Shown piece after piece: positions 39,694 through 43,913 of a DNA stretch of 43,913 nt. The notes under the pieces are model-generated. The model did not search any database, was not told the origin of the DNA, and saw nothing but the letters and a program-made list of their open reading frames with translations. Position 1 is the stretch's first letter; each line of letters starts with the position of its first letter. The position numbers were made by a program, and so were the translations under genes. Where the stretch lies: assembly GCA_043752345.1 (NCBI GenBank), contig JAYUYT010000112.1, forward strand, positions 1 through 43,913, written 5' to 3'. The DNA comes from Nitrosospira sp. (GTDB lineage: Bacteria; Pseudomonadota; Gammaproteobacteria; Burkholderiales; Nitrosomonadaceae).

Positions 39694-39742
39694 TGGGGTG
39701 GCTGATGGGGTTCGAACCCACGACAATCGGAATCACAATCCG
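39694..39742 (-). pseudogene. 3' 49 nt of a tRNA-His(GUG) gene (anticodon stem to encoded CCA); probable island attachment-site remnant
   Basis: The reverse complement reads CGGA-TTGTGAT-TCCGA-TTGTC-GTGGG-TTCGAAC-CCCAT-CAGCCAC-C-CCA. That gives anticodon loop U-U-GUG-A-U, variable loop, T arm, acceptor 3' strand, discriminator C and CCA, close to the canonical bacterial tRNA-His. No D arm or matching 5' acceptor strand follows upstream of 39742. Confidence 0.7.
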
Positions 39743-39870
39743 CTTAAAATAGTGTTTTTCTCTGTTGATTGCCACCTCATTCCCCCACCAGTTTCCTTGT
39801 TTTTCAATTAGTTAATCGTTTAACCCCTATTCCTTGTGTTGATAAGTATTCCGCTATATACTGCAAAAGC

Positions 39871-39890
39871 GGTTACATTCTGGTTACATT
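39871..39890 (+). repeat. Tandem 9-bp direct repeat GGTTACATT (11-bp period) just upstream of the integrase start
   Basis: ggttacatt occurs at 39871-39879 and 39882-39890, ending 14 nt before the integrase ATG. Confidence 0.5.
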
Positions 39891-39903
39891 TTAGGGGAAT
39901 ACC

Positions 39904-41232
39904 ATGGCAAAGGTAAAATTAACAGCCGGACGGATTGCAAATTTCCAGTGTGATGAAGGTAAAAAGCAAGCCTTCCTATGGTGCGCCGAAGTGCCGGGTT
40001 TGGGTGTGCGTGCAATAGCCAGTACAGGCATGAAGAGTTACATATTCCAAGCCAAGGTTAAGGGGCAATCCATGCGTGTCACGATTGGCAAGGTTAGCGT
40101 GTGGGGCATCGATGCTGCGCAAGCCGAAGCCCGCCGCCTGCAAATCCTGATAGACCAGGGCAACGACCCGCGCCAAGTGGAAGCCGATAAGGAAGCCGCC
40201 AAGGAAGCCGTAAGACTGGCCAAGGAAGTCGAAGCCACCGCGCTGGTGATGCAGGAAGCCCGCGAAGCCGTGACGCTGGGCATGGCATGGGACGAGTATC
40301 TAACCGCCCGCAAACCTTTTTGGGGTGCGCGTCACTATGATGACCATGTTGATGCTATGCAGGCCGGTGGCGTGCAAAGAACCCGAAGCCATAAACTGAC
40401 CGAACCCGGCACCCTTGCATCACTGGCAACGGTTCGCCTTATTGACCTGACGCCTGAGCGAGTGGCGGAATGGGCAACAGTGGAAGGCAAAAAACGACCT
40501 GGACGCGCCCGCCTAGCAAGCCGCCTGCTGACTGTCTTTCTGACATGGTGCGCAGAATATCCAGCTTATCGGGAAATAGTGAAAAGTAACCCCGCCAAAA
40601 GCAAAGCCGCCCGCGAAATACTAGGCAAGCCCCAAAAGAAAAATGACGCATTACAGCGTGAGCAATTGCCCGCATGGTTCGCCGCCGTGAAGCAAATCAG
40701 CAACTCTGTAGTCAGTGCCTACTTGCAAGCCTTGCTATTGACCGGCGCACGCACGAACGAATTGACCGCCGTTCGCTGGGAAGATGTGGATTTTCAGTGG
40801 AACAGCCTAACCATAAAGGACAAGATGCAGGGGTTGAGAGTTATTCCCCTGCCGCCCTACATGGCGCACCTGCTGGCCACCTTACCGCGCCGCAATGAGT
40901 TTGTATTCTCAAGCCCCGGCGCCGCATCCGGTCATATTGAAGACCCGCACCCTGCACATTATAGGGTTTGCGCTGTTACCGGTTTGGATGTGACCCTGCA
41001 CGGGTTGCGCCGTAGCTTTGCCAGTCTGTGCGAATGGATAGAGATGCCCGCTGGAATCGCTGCGCAGATACAGGGGCACGCGCCGCAAGGGGTGAGAGAA
41101 CAACACTATATCCGCCGCCCGCTCGACCTGCTGCGCATGTGGCACGTCAAGATTGAAGCGTGGATTCTGGAGCAAGCCGGGATTAAGTTTGTGCCGGTAA
41201 CAGCGGGTTTGCGGGTAGTACCCGCTGCCTGA
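39904..41232 (+). CDS. P4-type tyrosine recombinase / phage integrase
   Basis: Has the N-terminal arm-binding (DUF4102-like) pattern KLTAGRIANF…FLWCAEVPGLGVRAIASTGMKSYIFQAK…MRVTIGK. The catalytic residues are present: LLLTGARTNEL (Arg), HGLRRSF (His-x-x-Arg) and REQHYIRR (Tyr). It lies next to a tRNA fragment. Confidence 0.9.
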   Translation: MAKVKLTAGRIANFQCDEGKKQAFLWCAEVPGLGVRAIASTGMKSYIFQAKVKGQSMRVTIGKVSVWGIDAAQAEARRLQILIDQGNDPRQVEADKEAAKEAVRLAKEVEATALVMQEAREAVTLGMAWDEYLTARKPFWGARHYDDHVDAMQAGGVQRTRSHKLTEPGTLASLATVRLIDLTPERVAEWATVEGKKRPGRARLASRLLTVFLTWCAEYPAYREIVKSNPAKSKAAREILGKPQKKNDALQREQLPAWFAAVKQISNSVVSAYLQALLLTGARTNELTAVRWEDVDFQWNSLTIKDKMQGLRVIPLPPYMAHLLATLPRRNEFVFSSPGAASGHIEDPHPAHYRVCAVTGLDVTLHGLRRSFASLCEWIEMPAGIAAQIQGHAPQGVREQHYIRRPLDLLRMWHVKIEAWILEQAGIKFVPVTAGLRVVPAA

Positions 41233-41344
41233 TGATATAAGAAGGGATTGGTAGGGAAAGTACACCAGCCAACCCCGGCCACAGCGAAAAGGGAGTAAAC
41301 GCCATAGCAATAATAAGACGGTCGATTCTGTCGAAAGTTCCTGA

Positions 41345-41446
41345 AAAGCTGGAATTGAGTTTGTGCCAGTGCAAGCTAATTGGCGGGTGGTTTTCAAGTT
41401 TGACGGCATAGACGCGGAGCTAGTGGATTATCTTGATTATCACTGA
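41345..41446 (+). pseudogene. higB: N-terminally truncated higB (RelE/ParE-superfamily toxin) remnant
   Basis: A 33-codon open stretch ends …FVPVQANWRVVFKFDGIDAELVDYLDYH*. This matches the conserved HigB C-terminus (WRxxFxF…VDYxDYH). About 60 N-terminal codons and any start codon are missing. The stop lies 9 nt before higA. Confidence 0.55.
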
Positions 41447-41455
41447 GGAAGAATT

Positions 41456-41740
41456 ATGGACATGCACAACCCCGCACACCCCGGCGAAGTTTTGACGGGT
41501 TGGTTAGACGACCTGGAGCTGAGTGTTACCGCTTTTGCCAAACACTTGGGAATTTCCAGAGTGATGCTGTCGCGCATCCTTCACTGTCACGCTGCCATTA
41601 GCGCGGATATGGACTTGCGCCTAAGCGAAGCACTGGGGACCTCCCCCGGCTTCTGGCTTAGGATGCAGGTGCAGCGCGACTTATGGGAAGCACGGCAACG
41701 AGCTGAGGAACGCCAGCCGGTGGCAAGGCTGGCCGCCTGA
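41456..41740 (+). CDS. higA: HigA-family antitoxin (Xre-type HTH), copy 1
   Basis: Shows MHNPAHPGEVL…LELSVTAFAKHLGISRVMLSRILHCHAAISADMDLRLSEALGTSPGFWLRMQ, the typical HigA/VapI pattern. RBS GAGGAAG. Confidence 0.85.
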   Translation: MDMHNPAHPGEVLTGWLDDLELSVTAFAKHLGISRVMLSRILHCHAAISADMDLRLSEALGTSPGFWLRMQVQRDLWEARQRAEERQPVARLAA

Positions 41741-41780
41741 CAGAGTAAGTTCCACAGACTATTATCACTGAGGAAAAATT

Positions 41781-42083
41781 ATGGACATGCACAATCCCCC
41801 CCACCCCGGCGGAACATTGAGAGAAGACGTGTTACCCGCGCTGGGGCTAACCGTTACCGAGGCCGCCAAGCAACTGGGCGTCACCCGTGCCGCCTTATCG
41901 CGCGTACTGAATGAGCGCGCCGCAATATCCCCAGAAATGGCGTTGCGTTTGGAGGGTTGGCTAGGGGTTGAGAACGGCGGGCGGGCTGATTTATGGATTG
42001 CAGAGCAGGCAGCATATGACTTGTGGCAAGTACGCAAGGCAGGTGCACCCAAGGTTCAACGCGCCCAACTGATAGCCGCATAG
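41781..42083 (+). CDS. higA: HigA-family antitoxin (Xre-type HTH), copy 2
   Basis: Shows MHNPPHPGGTLRE…LGLTVTEAAKQLGVTRAALSRVLNERAAISPEMALRLE. It shares a 51-bp near-identical leader and start region with copy 1. Confidence 0.85.
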   Translation: MDMHNPPHPGGTLREDVLPALGLTVTEAAKQLGVTRAALSRVLNERAAISPEMALRLEGWLGVENGGRADLWIAEQAAYDLWQVRKAGAPKVQRAQLIAA

Positions 42084-42192
42084 CGAGTTTACTCCCGCCT
42101 ACCCTGCGAGTAATTGCCAAAGGGGAATAGCCGGTTCCTTCACCGGCGTGACGGGGGTTCCTATTTGAAGGCTGACACCGGAAGGGGTGAGC

Positions 42193-43521
42193 ATGGACTA
42201 CCGCACATACCAACAAATCCGTACTTACTGTTGCCACGACCTGCGCGCTTATCTCGACTTGCCGGGTTATGAAAATGTGCGCAAGGTACATTTAGCGTTG
42301 CATGGGCAAATCGGCTTAATCAAGCGTGAGAAAGACCTCGCAGAATCGCTACACCAATGCAGCGACCTGACCCCGCGAGAGAGAGCTGCCGCTGAGCTAC
42401 TTTCTGTCATATCGAACCATTGGGCTATCACATGGCAAAGGTTGCCGGAACCGCCCAATGGTAAAGAACCCGCGCCGCCGCTTGAAAAGTGGCAAGCTGA
42501 TGCGCTGGTGAAACAGACCTGCGATGCGGTAAAAAGGTATGCAGCCTTTCTGCCAGAATCAGAACGCGCTGTACTGATGGAAGATTGCGAGGCCGCACTG
42601 GAAGCCACCTCCATCAAGAAGGGTAAAGCCGTGTCAGTGATACAGACAAGAGCACCATTGCCCGATGCCAGTACAAGAGCGATAGTGATGGGCGAGACCT
42701 ACATGCCCCTTGTCGATTTAATCCAGCCTTACCTTAAAATCAAGTCGCACGACATTCTTATGTCCAATATTCTGGTTACCGAAGATGAGATTAAAAAATG
42801 GGAGGCGTATAGCGACTGCGGTAAGCCAAGCGAGGCCAAGATAAGGAAAGACAAATTAGCCGAATTGAAAAACAAGTTGGCTGAACTCAATGAACAATGG
42901 GCATTATTGATACCAAGTGAAGCCGAACAAGCAAAATGGAAGGCAGAGGGTCAGGTATTGTCTGAGAAAGAAATCAAAGAAAGGCACGATAAAGAAGGGC
43001 GCTATACGTTGGAGGAAGCCGCCAATCTGATAGAGCAGAAAACTAGTGAGCGTGCCAAGGATATGCTGAAAAAGCTAATGCAGGCTGTGGGAGATGAAGT
43101 ATTGCTTGTGTGTGAACCCCGCAAGAAAGCACCTTACAAATCCAAGGTGGTGCGGGAATTCTACGAGGAGGCATACTGGGACGACTTAAATGCTTGGTTA
43201 AAAACCAACTGTCCACGTGTGAGCTACGAATTCCCGAAGCCTGACACCACCACCGGGAAGGGTGAAGCCGTGCCAGGCACAAGCTCGAACGGTGATGAAG
43301 GGTTGAATAAAAAGCCGCTACAACAGCAGTTATTTCAAGAGCAGGAAATCTTGCGAGTTATCGGCGAGCTTTCGTATGACCCTAAAAAGCTGCCAAAACG
43401 AAAGCAGGGAAAGCCTGGCGCAAAGGCCGAGGTTCGAAAGATGCTTTCATTTTCGGTGAAAGTTTTCGACAAGGCGTGGGAGCGCCTGAGGGCAAACCAA
43501 GATATTCAAGACGCCGAATAA
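42193..43521 (+). CDS. Hypothetical island-borne protein (about 442 aa, Lys/Glu-rich coiled-coil-like centre)
   Basis: A long clean ORF. The ATG at 42193 lies 7 nt after GGAAGGGG; the tracked GTG at 42187 abuts the RBS. I cannot assign a family. Confidence 0.55.
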   Translation: MDYRTYQQIRTYCCHDLRAYLDLPGYENVRKVHLALHGQIGLIKREKDLAESLHQCSDLTPRERAAAELLSVISNHWAITWQRLPEPPNGKEPAPPLEKWQADALVKQTCDAVKRYAAFLPESERAVLMEDCEAALEATSIKKGKAVSVIQTRAPLPDASTRAIVMGETYMPLVDLIQPYLKIKSHDILMSNILVTEDEIKKWEAYSDCGKPSEAKIRKDKLAELKNKLAELNEQWALLIPSEAEQAKWKAEGQVLSEKEIKERHDKEGRYTLEEAANLIEQKTSERAKDMLKKLMQAVGDEVLLVCEPRKKAPYKSKVVREFYEEAYWDDLNAWLKTNCPRVSYEFPKPDTTTGKGEAVPGTSSNGDEGLNKKPLQQQLFQEQEILRVIGELSYDPKKLPKRKQGKPGAKAEVRKMLSFSVKVFDKAWERLRANQDIQDAE

Positions 43522-43640
43522 CCCTACCCCAAAGCACCTTCCCCCAAATTGGGGCATAGGGGGACTCTTGCGGGGGAGGATAGACCATATTTTTTAATGA
43601 ACCATCTTCAACAGTGCCGAAAGGCTAAAGGTGGTTCAAA

Positions 43641-43913
43641 ATGGAAACAGCCGTAAATCAAACCGCAATATCCGTCGCACAATTCCCCCCGCTTGACCAG
43701 GAAATTCGTAGCCACATCCCAACCGCGCCCGCCGCATTCTATCTTCTGCGAAAGCCGCAGACCATGAGAATTTATGCGTCCTTAGAAAATGGCCCCATCC
43801 GTCCAATTCGCATCAACCTAAAAAACGCAGTTGGGATTTATGGGAAAAACAGCTGCAACCCAATACTGGCATATGTTTTCGACAAGAAATTCCAACTGCT
43901 CCGAACTTGCCAT
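43641..43913 (+). CDS. Partial ORF running off the window (unknown island protein)
   Basis: An ATG at 43641 opens a frame with no stop to the window end (91 codons: METAVNQTAISVAQFPPLDQEIRSH…). It is not in the ORF track because no stop is seen. Function unknown. Confidence 0.3.
   Translation, partial: METAVNQTAISVAQFPPLDQEIRSHIPTAPAAFYLLRKPQTMRIYASLENGPIRPIRINLKNAVGIYGKNSCNPILAYVFDKKFQLLRTCH

Noticed and set aside
39694-39776. Possible complete 83-nt tRNA-His, because ggtggc (the expected 5' acceptor start) appears at 39771-39776
   Set aside because: Only 5 of 7 acceptor pairs form, position 27 mismatches position 43, and the 27 nt in between have no D-arm sequence (no GG or AGCTCAGT-like element). 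The length is also wrong. I treat it as a 3' fragment, though the ggtggc match is noted as curious.
43821-43913. Minus-strand ATG at the very end of the window (MASSEQLEFLVEN…)
   Set aside because: The frame closes after 31 codons at a TAG, and it overlaps the longer plus-strand open frame. It is most likely spurious.

Overview
This window looks like chromosomal DNA from a betaproteobacterial ammonia oxidiser. That call is an inference from the combination of an Rh50-type channel, an orphan copper nitrite reductase NirK and a hopanoid cluster. From 1 to about 15.3 kb there are housekeeping genes: pnp (5' truncated), dksA, an exported His-rich protein, Rh50, then a minus-strand array of folD-aceE-aceF-nadD-rsfS-rlmH-[IS30]-maf-rng. 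The IS30-family element has 24-bp inverted repeats, and its apparently intact transposase ORF hides three frame switches. From 15.5 to 30 kb there are an HMG-CoA lyase with a frameshifted tail, a three-gene MNIO (DUF692)/DUF2063 operon, nrdAB, a KKAAPA-repeat histone H1-like protein, nirK, trpGDC and a porin. The MNIO operon is the best candidate for a novel system. Its signal-peptide precursor carries three GxCG motifs fused to two EF-hand loops. From 30.1 to 39.7 kb there is a hopanoid block: a heavily decayed ispH paralogue, hpnH, hpnM (MlaC-like), hpnN (RND), an MlaA/VacJ-like lipoprotein, shc and hpnG. At 39694-39742 only the 3' 49 nt of tRNA-His remain. They abut a genomic island with a P4-type integrase, a higB remnant, two tandem diverged higA genes and unknown cargo running off the window. 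Several genes (IS30 transposase, HMG-CoA lyase, ispH) have frame disruptions visible directly in the translation. All family assignments come from motif recognition by eye, and no database search was run.
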